A DNA stretch of 64,000 nucleotides from Eledone cirrhosa (lineage: Eukaryota): the NCBI GenBank assembly GCA_964016885.1, contig OZ024749.1, forward strand, positions 33,852,001-33,916,000, given 5' to 3'. The stretch's first letter is position 1; every line of letters starts with the position of its first letter. The notes beneath the pieces were generated by a model. That model saw nothing but the letters and a program-made list of their open reading frames with translations, was not told where the DNA came from and made no database searches. The position numbers were made by a program, and so were the translations under genes. This document shows positions 26,678 through 41,376 of this stretch, one piece after another.

Positions 26678-26680
<3 letters not shown>
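26409..26680 (+). pseudogene. Penelope-like element GIY-YIG endonuclease C-terminal remnant
   Basis: SFRNPRLSNVTSLSTYIHSLKSSNIPY/frameshift/KWEVIAKAPSYRPPNKFCNLCILESRTII...LLNRKSEIFSTCPH; recalled PLE C-terminal pattern LSxYIxxLK...W...CxLC..E...LNxxSE...CxH. Confidence 0.75.
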
Positions 26681-26713
<33 letters not shown>

Positions 26714-28132
26714 TAAAAACCAATGTCGGAGATAATACTAGACCACCACCTTTAAATTTATCCAATTAGATGTTCACAAATTTAGAACTACACCTTAATT
26801 AAAAAACCACACCAACCTATATTCTGTTCGATATTTCTCCTTAGTTAATAAACCCCTTCTTTGATCTCTTACCAAATACAATTCTAAAAACCAAATAAAT
26901 AAATAATATAGACACCCTAATATACTCTCAATATATAATACTAACTAAATAGCAGACAACTGTGTATATAACACCAATATACCAGTATATATTATACAAT
27001 TACCTATCTTGTCATAAAAAACTTCAACTCTCTCTGCACAATCTGTATATATATATATACATTCTCACACACATATATATATATATTATATTATATATAC
27101 ATATATAAACTATATAAAACCCTATCTAGTTATAATAAAAATTTGTTAACTCTCTCCACATAAGTTGAAAAGATAAGAATAACAAATAATTTTATATATA
27201 ATTAATAACCAAGATATTTTATATTTTATAAATATTAATTTATAACACTACTACAATAATAAAACAACCCTGAATTTATCAACAACCTTAATTACTCCCT
27301 TTGTTATTAATCCCCTTCACTACTTCCTGCGTAAATTCATAAAATTAAGCAGCCTAACGGTTTAGTAGAAACTTAATAACGATTAATGCAAACCCTAATA
27401 ATCCTTAACAGATAATTTGAAGATAGGAATGCATAGTATAACATACTTACTATAACAACATGGCCTGTAATTCGGTGGAATTTACCTTTACCAAACTCAT
27501 GCCCATTAACTATAAAAAAAAATAAAAAAAATTACATCTCAAACTAAAAGAATTCTATGGTTAATAAATGTGAGTTACAACCAACATATACATCTACATA
27601 CGAATTACAATATATAAACACTTGAGTGAAAATTACCTACCCAATTCAATCACGTGCTTTGGATTACACCTCACATAACATATACCTATTTTATCACCAC
27701 ATGCCTCCCTACCATATAGCACGCCATTTTAAACATCTCTAACACTTATAACATGCTTTAACATTCTACACAAAATATGCTTATTTCATCTGTAATATAA
27801 CTCTTTCCTCATACATGCCTTATTGATTGTATTGACTCCTAAATTGTATACCCCTAACATTACCTGATCTCCAAATCTAAGATATCTTATATCTTATATT
27901 TTATGTCTATCCTATCTTTCATTTTTCGTTGCTTGTAACTTTTTTTGCCTGTATTTTTTGCTTATACCTCTTACACTTTCAACCAGTGCTCCTTGTTATT
28001 GTGTTCTCTCAAGCATAACAGCTTTTTAACTCCTGATTCTATACATGATGTCTATGATAGTAACAACACTTATGTATCTACCTAAATGTTCTGAATGACT
28101 AGGATTTTAATCGCCTATTTAGACATTCCCTA

Positions 28133-28179
28133 TGTTCCGATGATTCCAGACATCCCTCTAGAAGAAACAATTGTCAGCA
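28133..28179 (+). ncRNA. HHR motif at 3' end of the PLE remnant
   Basis: tgtt-CCGATGA-ttccaga(catccc)tctagaa-GAAA-caattg-TC-agca; GUC triplet, palindromic CAATTG, U4 changed to C. Confidence 0.75.
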
Positions 28180-28248
28180 AATAAATGTATTAAACTAAGA
28201 TTTGATTGTTTTAACACTTTGTATATATATATATATATATATACATAC

Positions 28249-28336
<88 letters not shown>

Positions 28337-28404
28337 TTATGCATATATATAATTATACATCCATTCACATTTAAATGCACACACACACATATTTATATAT
28401 ATAA

Positions 28405-28466
<62 letters not shown>

Positions 28467-28544
28467 TATATAATATATATAAAATATATATATAATATAT
28501 ATATACATATAATATATATATATATTATATATATATATATAATA

Positions 28545-28689
28545 TAGATGAGATTCTACAGGACTAGAACTGTTAAAGAATGAAACAGTTCTAGTCCTGT
28601 AGAATCTCATCTATATTAAAACTGTTATACTCTGCAATGTATTGAGTACCTTACTTACTGTGGTTACCTCCAATTCAACCCGGAATAAC

Positions 28690-28690
<1 letters not shown>
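28545..28690. repeat. Fold-back element between (TA)n, apex inside HHR
   Basis: atagatgagattctacaggactagaactgtt-aaagaatga-aacagttctagtcctgtagaatctcatctat. Confidence 0.75.
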
Positions 28691-28756
<66 letters not shown>

Positions 28757-29019
28757 CATATATACACAACGCACACATACATATATATATATACGCACAT
28801 ACACATAAAGTACAACTATTTTCTCTTTGTGTTTACTTTTCATATTTCTCTTCTTCTTTCCTTCGTTAATCGCTGCCCACCCTGGTCGTAAAATCATGTT
28901 TTGGCAAACATAACCAGCTTGCCAGGCCGGGAGGTCTTTCATTCTCTCTATATGTATTACAACATTCGTTCCCACGTAGGAAGAATTTTCCGGTAGTATT
29001 TTTCTACTTCTTCTTCTTC

Positions 29020-29059
<40 letters not shown>

Positions 29060-29141
29060 CATCATTATGAATGAAATTTTGTAATGGAATAGGAAATTTA
29101 TATTAACCCATTATTGAACGAGTAGATGGGAATGATATATA

Positions 29142-29225
<84 letters not shown>

Positions 29226-29429
29226 TAGAAAGTGAGGTTTTTTTTACAAAATGAAAAAACGAGGTGTCTTACACGAGTGAAAGTAAAAAGAAAAAAAGAT
29301 CAAATCGAAAATGCAACTGGAGCCTTATTTTAAAAATATATATATATTTATTTGGTTCCTTTACCGGTTTCGCAGTTCTTCTGCTTTTCAAAAGTAGAGT
29401 TGAGATGGAGGGTCTGTGGTTTTTCTCAC

Positions 29430-29509
<80 letters not shown>

Positions 29510-29691
29510 ATATATATATACATATAAAGGATAACAAAATATCGTTATAGTTAATCCAATTAGAGGTTGTGAATACTTCTTAATATGGATAGTGTTCAGC
29601 AATTTTTAGACAACTCTATCAGTGAAACAATTGTTAGACTGCAAATAAATCCCCTTTTTGTACTATTGACCATGTTATTCTCCACTTTTTC

Positions 29692-29780
<89 letters not shown>

Positions 29781-30156
29781 TGTATATATACATATATATT
29801 ATTCCCATGTATTAGTTCAATAATGGGTTAATATAAATTTCCTATTCCATTACAAAATTTCATGGTGAAATATATTTCTTTAATGAAATATATACAAGGA
29901 AGATTAATCATTTTAAAAGGTATCTATATTTGAAGTTCTAATTAAACTTTAATTAGTTACCTACCTAGTTGTGTGTGCTTACACACTTTACAAATTATCC
30001 CCTGTGATTGTTTCATGTGTTTATTTTATATATATATATGCCAATCAAATATAAAATGCTCGGATCTATTCATTGGAATCTTTGAGCCTATTCTACGGAA
30101 TGACTCCCTTATTTTAATTTGGGATATGACTCCCTTATTTTAATTTGGGATATATA

Positions 30157-30221
<65 letters not shown>

Positions 30222-30226
<5 letters not shown>

Positions 30227-30606
30227 GATAAATCTACCAAGATATACGGTAGTGTCCAATCCGTATGAAGAACTCAATGTAATCCAAATATCATGAAAAG
30301 AGAAGATGTATTCAAACATTTTTCGATGAAAATCACAGGAAAACAGAGTCAAGATAAATTAATAAAAACAATGAATAAAAACAAAGAAACAGTTCCTTAT
30401 ATTAAAAAATTCATCATTTTACGATCGTTTCTAGGATATATATGTGTGTGTTGGTATGTATATCATATAGATCTATGTAAAATATTTTTACATAGATCTA
30501 AATGATGTACATACCAACACACATATATATCCTAGAAACGATCGTAATATAATGAATTTTTTAATATAAGGAACTGTTTCTTTGTTTTTATTCATTGTTT
30601 TTATTA

Positions 30607-30612
<6 letters not shown>
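30222..30612. repeat. Fold-back element (family of 11751 and 34125), apex ~30483
   Basis: Arms ~30354-30481 and 30485-30612 are reverse complements; each carries GAAA-cgatcg-TA. Confidence 0.8.
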
Positions 30613-30652
<40 letters not shown>

Positions 30653-30714
30653 AAATACCTGTAGCTATGCAGGTATTTCTGAATTGGCGAAAACGAAATT
30701 TGGAAGATGCAGTT

Positions 30715-31450
30715 GAATGAAAATACGAGTGCGTGTAGATGAAAATGCGAGTTTATGTAGATGAAAATACGACGGTGTGTAGATGAAAATACGGGTGGAT
30801 ATAGTTAAAAATACGGGTGGATGTAGGGGAAAATACGGGTGCATGTAGGTGAAAATACGAGTGCTTGTAGATGAAAATACGGGTGTGGGTAGATGAATAT
30901 ATGAATGGGTGTAGATGAATATATGAGTGAATGTAGTTGAAAATACGGCTGTGTGTGTAGATGAAAATACGAGTTTATGTAGATGAAAATACGAGTATAT
31001 TTAGATGAAAATACGAGTTTATGTAGATGAAAATACGAGTTTATGTAGATGAAAATACGAGTTTATGTAGATGAAAATACGAGTATATTTAGATGAAAAT
31101 ACGAGTTTATGTAGATGAAAATACGAGTATATTTAGATGAAAATACGAGTTTATGTAGATGAAAATACGAGTTTATGTAGATGAAAATACGAGTTTATGT
31201 AGATGAAAATACGAGTTTATGTAGATGAAAATACGAGTTTATGTAGATGAAAATACGAGTTTATGTAGATGAAAATACGAGTTTATGTAGATGAAAATAC
31301 GAGTATATGTAGATGAAAATACGAGTGCGTGTAGATGGAAATACGGCTGTGTGTAAATGAAAATACAGCTGTGTGTAAATGAAAATACGACTATAAATAG
31401 AGGAAAATTCGAGTGCGTGTAGATCAAAATACGAGTGAGTGTAAATGAAA
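30715..31450. repeat. 22-bp minisatellite
   Basis: Unit tagatgaaaatacgagtttatg; homogeneous centre, diverged edges. Confidence 0.95.
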
Positions 31451-31977
31451 CGTTAGATTGGTAATTAACCCGTCTTCTTGAACATGGGAATTAAAGGAAA
31501 AAAAACAGTTGAAATGTTATGAAGTACTGGCATAAATGGATAATGAATAATTAAGTTTTCATTGAAGAAAAACCACATAGCGGAAGTTATTAATAGTTAG
31601 TAGGGATGTTTATAAAAAACTTGTTTATAGTTTGAAGGGGTATCAGGAAGAAGGGGCTTATTGCTGAAATGTTAGAAATGAAATAGGAATCTTGAGAATA
31701 ATTAGTTGATATATAATGTAAAGAATAAATATACAATGGTACAAGTATGTACACACACAGACGCACGCACGCACGCACACACACACACACACTCACATAT
31801 ATATTTCGTCAACGTTGTTGGCGCATCATACGCATATGTATGTGTAGATGTACACATGTATGTATTTGTATGCATGTATGTTATGCATATATGTATGTGT
31901 GTATAGATGTATGTATGTATAATTGTATGTATGTACGTATTAACTCATGTATGTATGCATATATATATATACATATA

Positions 31978-32040
<63 letters not shown>

Positions 32041-32193
32041 ATAATAATACATTTGAAGACTAAAATCCAAAGAGGGCTCGATAAGGCTAAATATATATCA
32101 CATATATAAGAACCGTAGAGCAAATAGTTTCAGAAGATCCCGTTAAGGGTGAAAGCAGCGATTCTTTGCTTAAACTTTAATTTGTTATTTTAA

Positions 32194-32286
<93 letters not shown>

Positions 32287-32859
32287 TGTGTGCATGTGTC
32301 ATATACAAGTTTCTGTGCGTATTCTTTCAAAAGAAAATTACATCTATCTCACTTCCTTTCAATGAGACATGATTATATGATACCAATGTTATTATTTTGT
32401 GTAAGACAGACTAACAGCACTCCCATCGACGCCATCTTACAAGATAAACATTCAAATTAAACTTGTATGTAAACTATTAAGACTGTCAGCAAATTTCCAT
32501 TCAAACTGATAAAGCAAGTTTTTCATAAAATTTCACGTGAATGGATCTGAATATAATGCCATTAGAGAGAAGTAATAATGGAAGTTTCCATAATATAATG
32601 AACTGAAAATCTACTTTCAAGCATCTAAATCTAATTTACTTGGAAATAAACAGAAGAGTTTGAGGAAAAATCTTTCAGTAATCTTCCGTTGTTTATTGTT
32701 ATATAAACACCGACCCCATTTTTGTAATTTACTTTCTTAACGTGTCATTGCTTTATAAATTATGTGTATATATACACATGCACAAACTCACACAGGGGCA
32801 CAGATAATCAGAAATACATGCGCACGCACACACACACATATATATGAGCAAGTTGTACA

Positions 32860-32925
<66 letters not shown>

Positions 32926-32985
32926 TTACACATACATATAACAAGATAGAGAGATAGATTTATTTATTTATCTATCTACCTTTAG

Positions 32986-33071
<86 letters not shown>

Positions 33072-33072
33072 G

Positions 33073-33114
<42 letters not shown>

Positions 33115-33142
33115 GATTGATAAATAGACGGATAGCTCGGCA

Positions 33143-33218
<76 letters not shown>

Positions 33219-33369
33219 TACATTCAGTATACAAGGATGCAGTTCAATTCAAGCACTCGACGTCATATTACTTCTTTAAAACAAGGATGACGGAGTATAT
33301 TTATAAACAGGAAGATGTGAAGTTGTAGATGTTAGAGTATTTTATTAATTGTGCCGTTATACATATTTC

Positions 33370-33900
33370 CATGACGACAGATATCATGTATGACGATAGA
33401 TATCATGTATGACGAGAGATATTATGTATGAGGATAGATATCATGTATGACGATAGATATCATGTATGACGATAGCTATCATGTATGACGACAGATATCA
33501 TGTATGACGACAGATATCATGTATGACGATAGATATCATGTATGACGACAGATATCATGTATGACGACAGATATCCTGTATGACGACAGATATCATGTAT
33601 GAGGATAGATATCATGTATGACGATAGATATCATGTATGACGATAGATATCATGTATGACGACAGATATGTATGACGACAGATATCCTGTATGACGATAG
33701 ATATCATGTATGACGATAGATATCATGTATGACGACAGATATCCTGTATGACGATAGATATCATGTATGACGATAGATATCATGTATGACGACAGATATC
33801 CTGTATGACGATAGATATCATGTATGACGACAGATATCATGTATGACGAGAGATATCATGTATGACGATAGATATCATGTATGACGAGAGATATCATGTA
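33370..33900. repeat. 19-bp minisatellite
   Basis: Unit atgacgatagatatcatgt. Confidence 0.95.
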
Positions 33901-34063
33901 TGTATGTTTTTGCTTTGGATGTCTGCTCTTTTCCACCCGTAATTGTCTCGGAAACCTTTTACTCAATTTTGCTGTCTGAAGAAGTCACGATATCTATCGC
34001 CATGGAAATATGTATAACAGCTCAATTAATAATATACTCTAACATCTCCAACTTCACATTTTC

Positions 34064-34124
<61 letters not shown>

Positions 34125-34128
<4 letters not shown>

Positions 34129-34252
34129 CTGAAGACAGCATATATATGTGTAGGTATGTATATTCCCTCTGATAGTTTGTAAAACTTTTACATAGATCTA
34201 TATGATATACATACCAACACACACATATATATGCTAGAAACGATCGTAAAAT
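34125..34252 (+). ncRNA. Type I HHR motif with extended stem II
   Basis: attt-CTGAAGA-cagcatatatatgtgt...acacatatatatgcta-GAAA-cgatcg-TA-aaat. Confidence 0.8.
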
Positions 34253-34433
34253 GATGAATTTTTTAATATAAGGAACTGTCTCTTTGTTTTTATTCATTGT
34301 TTTTATTAATTTATATATATATATATTTATATATATATATATATGTGTGTGTGTAGAGAGAGAGAGAGATAGGGTAGAGAGATAGGGGAGAGATAGATAC
34401 ATAGATATAGTAGATAAATGGATAGATAAATGC

Positions 34434-34502
<69 letters not shown>

Positions 34503-34504
<2 letters not shown>

Positions 34505-34660
34505 TGTTTCTTTTATTTGCCACCAGGGCATCAAAAGTGGGACAAGTACAATGGGGGGAGTTTACAAAACAAGGCGTCCTCAATAGGGAAGAGGCAATAA
34601 CAATATATAAAAATAAAATAAAATATAACAAAAAATAAAATTTATAACAAAGTCCTCAAT
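34503..34660 (-). mobile_element. Tx1/L1 3' UTR fragment in (GATA)n
   Basis: Matches 38433-38590; GATA repeats on both sides. Confidence 0.8.
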
Positions 34661-35093
34661 AGATAGATAGATAGATAGATAGATCAATTTTATTTCATAA
34701 TAAATCGATGAGTTTTTGTTTTCTTTGCTACACCACTTTCATTCCATTAACTACCGACCAACAAGTAAGTCTGGGTTTTGGGAAGGTAGTTCTGCATACA
34801 AATATATGGAAAATTCTATTATATTCTACAGTCTAACAAAGTATAATTGAATCTATGAAACTATAAGAATATATATGAACATGTGAACTTTTAAATAAAC
34901 ACACAGAACTAGATATAAACTTGTAACGGATTGTTTGCTTTCATTCTCTCACTTACTCTCTCACTCACTCACTCACTCTCAACTTTCCTATCGTTATGCC
35001 AATACGGGAAACTTAATTTTTTTTCCTGTCAACGTATTTTATGTTTATATATATATATCTATATATATTTACTTATTTATTTTTTCATATGTA

Positions 35094-35149
<56 letters not shown>

Positions 35150-35315
35150 CTTATTAAATATATATATATACTTATTATATATATATATATATATATACTT
35201 ATTTATTTTCTTGTTACAATTTATTTCTTGGTCAGCCATAATTCGCGGTCTGTCTCTATTGTAGAGTATTTTGTTCGGAACATGAAAGTGAACAAGCGTT
35301 CGTTCACTGTATGTA

Positions 35316-35355
<40 letters not shown>

Positions 35356-35370
35356 TATACAGATATGTTT

Positions 35371-35477
<107 letters not shown>

Positions 35478-36298
35478 CAGATATGTTTGTATGTGTGTGT
35501 ATATTTTATATATATATATATATAAGAATATTTTTTAAATGTGTAGGTTACATGTGTAGGTTACGTCGAGTGCTCCAATCTGTATACTGAGGTGTCGGTA
35601 AACAACCAACATATACTCAAAATGTATATATATACCCCTTCTTCCTCCCGTTAGACCTGTGCGAAATTTCTTCCTTGCTCACATTTCAACCAGGTTTGAT
35701 GGTCTTTATTCTCTCGTTCACGATTCCACCGAATTTATATTCATAGAAATCTGGGACTTGTTTCTTTCTTCTTCATCACTTTCTGTTGCTTAAACCATTT
35801 TGTTTGTTTACCCTAGCGTTCCCTTTATTTACGTGTCCCAACGACTTTTTTTAGCCGTTGCTCGCACCAACCTGAGGTATATGGCCTTTAATGCGACGAA
35901 ATGCCTACGACGGTTGGAAGGCCACTGATGAGGACAAACTTTTTCATATGTAACCCATTTGCAGCGCCGCAGCTCCATTATTATATATGGTTGCTATTTT
36001 CTTAATCTTAATTGTAATATACTCAGTATTGTACCTGGAGACAATAATGGTGTGCAAAATACGGATTTTACGCTGTATAAAGCATATTTGAGTTGATTTA
36101 TGGAATAATATGATTAAAATAAGTTATATTTTAATCAGTTTTATAATATGCATATCTTTATGTATATATGTATATATATGTGTGTGTGTGTGTGTACGTG
36201 TGTATATCTTTTGTTATTTAGATATACACATGCATGTATATGTATGTATGTTTTGGCTCTCTCTTTGTGTGTGTATATATATATATATATATATGATG

Positions 36299-36364
<66 letters not shown>

Positions 36365-36502
36365 CATATATGTGTATGTTTCTATGTATACTTGTCTATG
36401 TGCGTATGTGTGCGCGCGCATATTTTCATTTATAGATTGTGTGAAGCCATTTCGTGAGAGCTAAATAGAATATTGGTGTAAAGAGATTTTCTCTCTCTCT
36501 TG

Positions 36503-36553
<51 letters not shown>

Positions 36554-37189
36554 ACGCTCTCTCTCTCTCACGCTCTCTCAATCTTTCTTTCTTCGTCACT
36601 TTCTCTCCTACTCACTTTACCTCTCACTCTCCTTCTCTCACGCCCCTTCTGTCACATACATATATACTGACACGGTCAAAATACAAAACAATCGTATATT
36701 GTAAAAAGAGAAACAGATTTCTATAAACATATATCCATGTGTTAGTTAAATGAACTTGATAGTTAATATTTTACAATGTTTATGCTTTAGCACGCGCTGT
36801 TTCATTGCGTTTCCTCATTCATTGTGAACCTTATGATAAATCTATATATCTATATATATCTATCTCTTTACAACTGGATATATATGTAAATATATATCCA
36901 GCGTATAGATAAATCTACTTACAACTGAGTATATGTGTAAATATATATCCAATTGAGTAAATGTCGTGAGCTATGGTGTACCTTACCTCGTATGATAAAT
37001 CTGTATATAGATCTATCTATATATGCAAATATACTATACACCCTGTTGTGTAAATGTCCATAGCTGTTGTGTACCTTAAGATAAATCTGTTTATAAATCT
37101 ACCTCTTTACAACTGGACATATCTATCTATCTATCTATCTATATATATATTTATATATATATATATAGAGAGAGAGGGAGAGAGAGAGG

Positions 37190-37239
<50 letters not shown>

Positions 37240-37257
37240 TCTTTCTTTATGTATAAT

Positions 37258-37740
37258 ATAGATAAGTTTCTTTATTAGCCACAGGGGTACAAAAGAAGGG
37301 GACAAATACAAAGGGAGAAGTTTACATACAATAAAAGAGTGTAAAATATTATCACAAATGCAATTTAAAAATTAATCGATTTTCCCCAATAGGGGGAGAC
37401 ATTACATATGGGTAACAGATAACCCCGAAAAAAATGTGCAGCCCTCATCTCCAGGAGTACGAAGAGTGAGTACCCCTTTCCTCTCTTCCTCTTTTTCCTC
37501 AACCTACAGGCTGATATAGAGAGAAGGCCCATTCACTCGGGCCATTCTCGCCACTTTCACCCACCTTTCATAAAACTTGCTGGGGTACAGCACCTCTCTC
37601 TTCTTCCAAAGTGGTATTTGAAAAAAAGAATCAGTTGTTGGTCGGAGAGAAAGGTGTCTGACCTCAGCCCTTTTAACCTCGTCCACCATACAACCTCTTT
37701 CGCCATAGGTATCACACAAAGGAAAACCGCCTCGTATAAT

Positions 37741-37804
<64 letters not shown>

Positions 37805-38143
37805 ATTTCTTTATTAGCCACAGGGGCACAAAAGAAGGGGAGAAATACAAAGGGGGATGTTTACATACAATAAAAACGTGTAAAATGTTATCACAGATGG
37901 AATTTAAAAGTTAGTCGATTTTCCCCAATAGAGGGAGACAGTTTATATGGGTAACACATACCCCCGAAAAAAATGTGCAACCCTCATCTCCAGGAGTACG
38001 AAGAGCTTGTACGCCTTTCCTCTCCTCCTCCTTTTCCTCAACCTACAGGCTGATATAGAGAGAAGGCCCATTCACTCGGGCCATTCTCGCCACTTTCACC
38101 CACCTTTCATAAAACTTGCTGGGGTACACCACCTCTCTCTCCT

Positions 38144-38230
<87 letters not shown>

Positions 38231-38382
38231 TTCTTTATTAGCCACAGGGGCACAAAAGAAGGGGACAAATACAAAGGGGGAAGTTTACATACAATAAAAA
38301 CGTGTAAAATGTTATCACAAATGGAATTTAAAAAGTTAGTCGATTTTCCCCAATAGAGGGAAACAGTTTATATGGGTAACAC

Positions 38383-38383
<1 letters not shown>
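37258..38383 (-). mobile_element. Three successive 5'-truncated Tx1/L1 copies separated by (GATA)n
   Basis: Each begins tttctttattagccacagggg on + (about 37267, 37806, 38230). Confidence 0.85.
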
Positions 38384-38432
<49 letters not shown>

Positions 38433-38433
<1 letters not shown>

Positions 38434-39646
38434 TATTTCTTTTATTTGCCACTAGGGCATCAAAAGTGGGACAAGTACAAAGGGGGGAGTTTACACAAAA
38501 AGGCGTCCTCAATAAGGAGGAGGCAATAACAAAATATAAAAATAAAATAAGATATCACAAAAAATAAAATTTTTAACAAAATCCTCAATAGAGAGGAGGC
38601 GCCTTGGGGGGTCGCACACACCCCCGAAAAAAGTGTGCAACCCTTCTCCTCAGGAGCACAGAGAAGGGGTGCTCCCTTGGTCTTTCATCTTCCTCACCTA
38701 TAGTCTGATGTAGAGTGAAGGCCCATTCACACGGGCCATTCTCGCCACTTTCACCCATCTTTCATAGAAACGGCTGGGGTGCAGCACCTCTCTCTCCATC
38801 CTGATCCTTCTTCCGAAATGATATCGGAAGAAACGGACCAGTTGTTGGCCAGAGAGAAAGGTGCCTGACCTCAGTCCTTTCAGACGCGTCCACCATAAAA
38901 CCTCTTTCGCCATGGCTATTACGCACAGAAACACCGCCTCTGCTTCATCTTTGAAGGGGGGAGGCGGCTTGATCATTACAATAGACTCGGTGGTCAACCG
39001 GATCGGTTCCACCCTTGACAGCAGTTGTTCGACATAGCCCCACAGATCGGCTACGCCCGAGCAGTGTACCAATGCGTGTGCAACGGTTTCCTCGTCGCAC
39101 ACGCATCTGGGACAGATCTTTTTGGCGGGGTCCCTACCCGGGCGCCCGTGTCTGTAGAGCCTTTCTCGAACGGGTAAAGCCCCTCGGTAGCACTGCCAGG
39201 CCAGGGACTTCTGGAAGTTGTCCATAGGTCTCGGGCTGAATGTCCTACCGAACAGGCTGGCCAGTTCGTCCTCCTCCATGTCTAGGGCTTCTCCGAGGGC
39301 GTCGTCGCACCTGCTGCGTACCAGCCCTCTATAGAATGTTGCGGTGGAGTCTCCACTGATAACCGGATCCGCCTGCCAGAGGGCGGTGAGCGCCTGGGCA
39401 CACTCAGTGTGCCAGGCGCCCAGTTTTCTCGGTCTTTGCTTGACCCAGGATTGCAGCTCGGTGAGTGAGACGAGTCTGGGAAAGGTTCGCCTCACAAACG
39501 AGGCCCACACCGGTTGTCCGGTGAGGAATACGTAGAGGTGCCGTAGCCTTAATGCGTGTTTACGCATCATTAGCCACGGCATCCCCAGCCCTCCTTTCGA
39601 AGGGTGTTGACAGCAGATGGATCTCCTCACCATAGGAGCCCGCCTC
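38433..39646 (-). mobile_element. 5'-truncated Tx1/L1-clade LINE in (GATA)n
   Basis: Open ORF2 C-terminus plus 3' UTR ending in aaataaaagaaata. Confidence 0.9.
38698..39633 (-). CDS. Tx1/L1 ORF2 C-terminal part with zf-RVT zinc-binding domain (truncated; the Met is internal)
   Basis: GGLGMP post-RT motif; WQCYRGALPVRERL...CPRC...ETVAHALVHC...W. Confidence 0.85.
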   Translation of the reverse strand: MVRRSICCQHPSKGGLGMPWLMMRKHALRLRHLYVFLTGQPVWASFVRRTFPRLVSLTELQSWVKQRPRKLGAWHTECAQALTALWQADPVISGDSTATFYRGLVRSRCDDALGEALDMEEDELASLFGRTFSPRPMDNFQKSLAWQCYRGALPVRERLYRHGRPGRDPAKKICPRCVCDEETVAHALVHCSGVADLWGYVEQLLSRVEPIRLTTESIVMIKPPPPFKDEAEAVFLCVIAMAKEVLWWTRLKGLRSGTFLSGQQLVRFFRYHFGRRIRMEREVLHPSRFYERWVKVARMARVNGPSLYIRL

Positions 39647-40032
39647 TATAGATAGATAGATAGATAGATAACCATTTGTACATATATGAAAATAGATATC
39701 CAGTGTGCGGATGTTCATAGATATCTTAACATGAATAATGTTATACATTAAGTTGTTTTGCTTTTTGGGGGTTTTTTTTGTTGTTATTTCTGATATGTTG
39801 TTGGTTCGTTGAGAACTAAAGCATTATACATCTACACGAATAAACACATATATATCTCCACTCGTAGGCACAAACAGGTACACATACAGTCTACACACAC
39901 ACATACACACCCACACACTCGCACACATACACTCACACACATACACACACACACATATATATATATATACATGTGTATGTTTATATATATATATATACAT
40001 GTGTGTATATATCTATCTATATACATGTGTGT

Positions 40033-40130
<98 letters not shown>

Positions 40131-41160
40131 TGGGTCATCAAGTATGAAATTTGTAGAAATTCGTTTTTCTTCTACAAATTTCTAGAAATTTCATACTTGA
40201 CGACTCAATATATGTGCGTGTGTGTGTGTGTGTGTGCGTGTGTGTGCGTGTGTCTGTGTGCGTGTGCGTATGTGTGTGTGTGTATGTGTCCATGTCTGTA
40301 AATCCATTTCATGACAATTATATTAGAATATATGTCTAAACATCGAGTTTTTACTTGTTATTATTATTTTTTATATATCCAATATATTCAGACTGCAAAA
40401 TATTCGAAGGTTTATTAAAAAGCAAAAAGATATTTACGTAAACATATATTGTGTGTAATCCATTTTAAAATTTCGTAATGAGATTTTATATATATATATT
40501 CTTTGTATATAAACAGGGAGACACAAAGCAGGCTTTGTTTGCAAACGGCTAGCGAATCTGGAAATTAGGGAGTAACATGTGCTTACGCCGTATTTGACTA
40601 CATAGCATTAGTATGTAAGATTTTTCAAAACACTCTCTGAATGGAAAAAAGGATGAGTATTGACACGAACCCATATTTTTTTGTTTTCCGGACCAATGTG
40701 TAACCGTTACATCAACACTACCGCTTTTCATTCAATTAGCAATTGTATTTTCACTCTCATTCTGTCCCCTCGTCCAAATCATTATCTATATCCATTTCTC
40801 CCCTTCCAATCACGAGGCACTGGTCGACACAGGCTCAAGGTTCCACTCAGTGAGTTTGAACCACTAAAACACATGATTGTGAAGAGAACAATTTAACCAC
40901 ACATCCGTGCCAGCTTCTATCCTTCTCTAACCGAAATAGTGCATTCCAAACATGAAATACAATCTAATATATATTTCAATGTTGTGCTATAAAGGGGTTA
41001 ATTAATCATAGAATCTTTCACGTAATGGCCTCTATGGATTATCTATGATGTGTTTCATCTGATATCTATATTCTAGGACGGTGTACCGTTCGCTGCAGTT
41101 CCTCAGACACCTCCTTTGATGTGTCCCATTAATTTACGTTTACTAAAACTAAAAAAACTA

Positions 41161-41205
41161 AAAGATGAACCCAATGAATAAACACACACATACACACACA
41201 CGCAC

Positions 41206-41255
<50 letters not shown>

Positions 41256-41333
41256 TCGTGTGTGTGTATGTGTGTGTTTATTCATTGGGTTCATAAAGAT
41301 GAACCCAATGAATAAACACACACATACACACAC

Positions 41334-41376
<43 letters not shown>

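Noticed and set aside
30715-31450. CRISPR-like appearance of this array and those at 33370 and 47140
   Set aside because: No unique spacers, units are contiguous, eukaryotic context and no cas genes
32130-32170. CAGAAGA-tccc-gttaa-gggt-GAAA as an HHR (similar case at 52275-52330 minus)
   Set aside because: Core mutated and stems I/III not supportable; at most decayed copies
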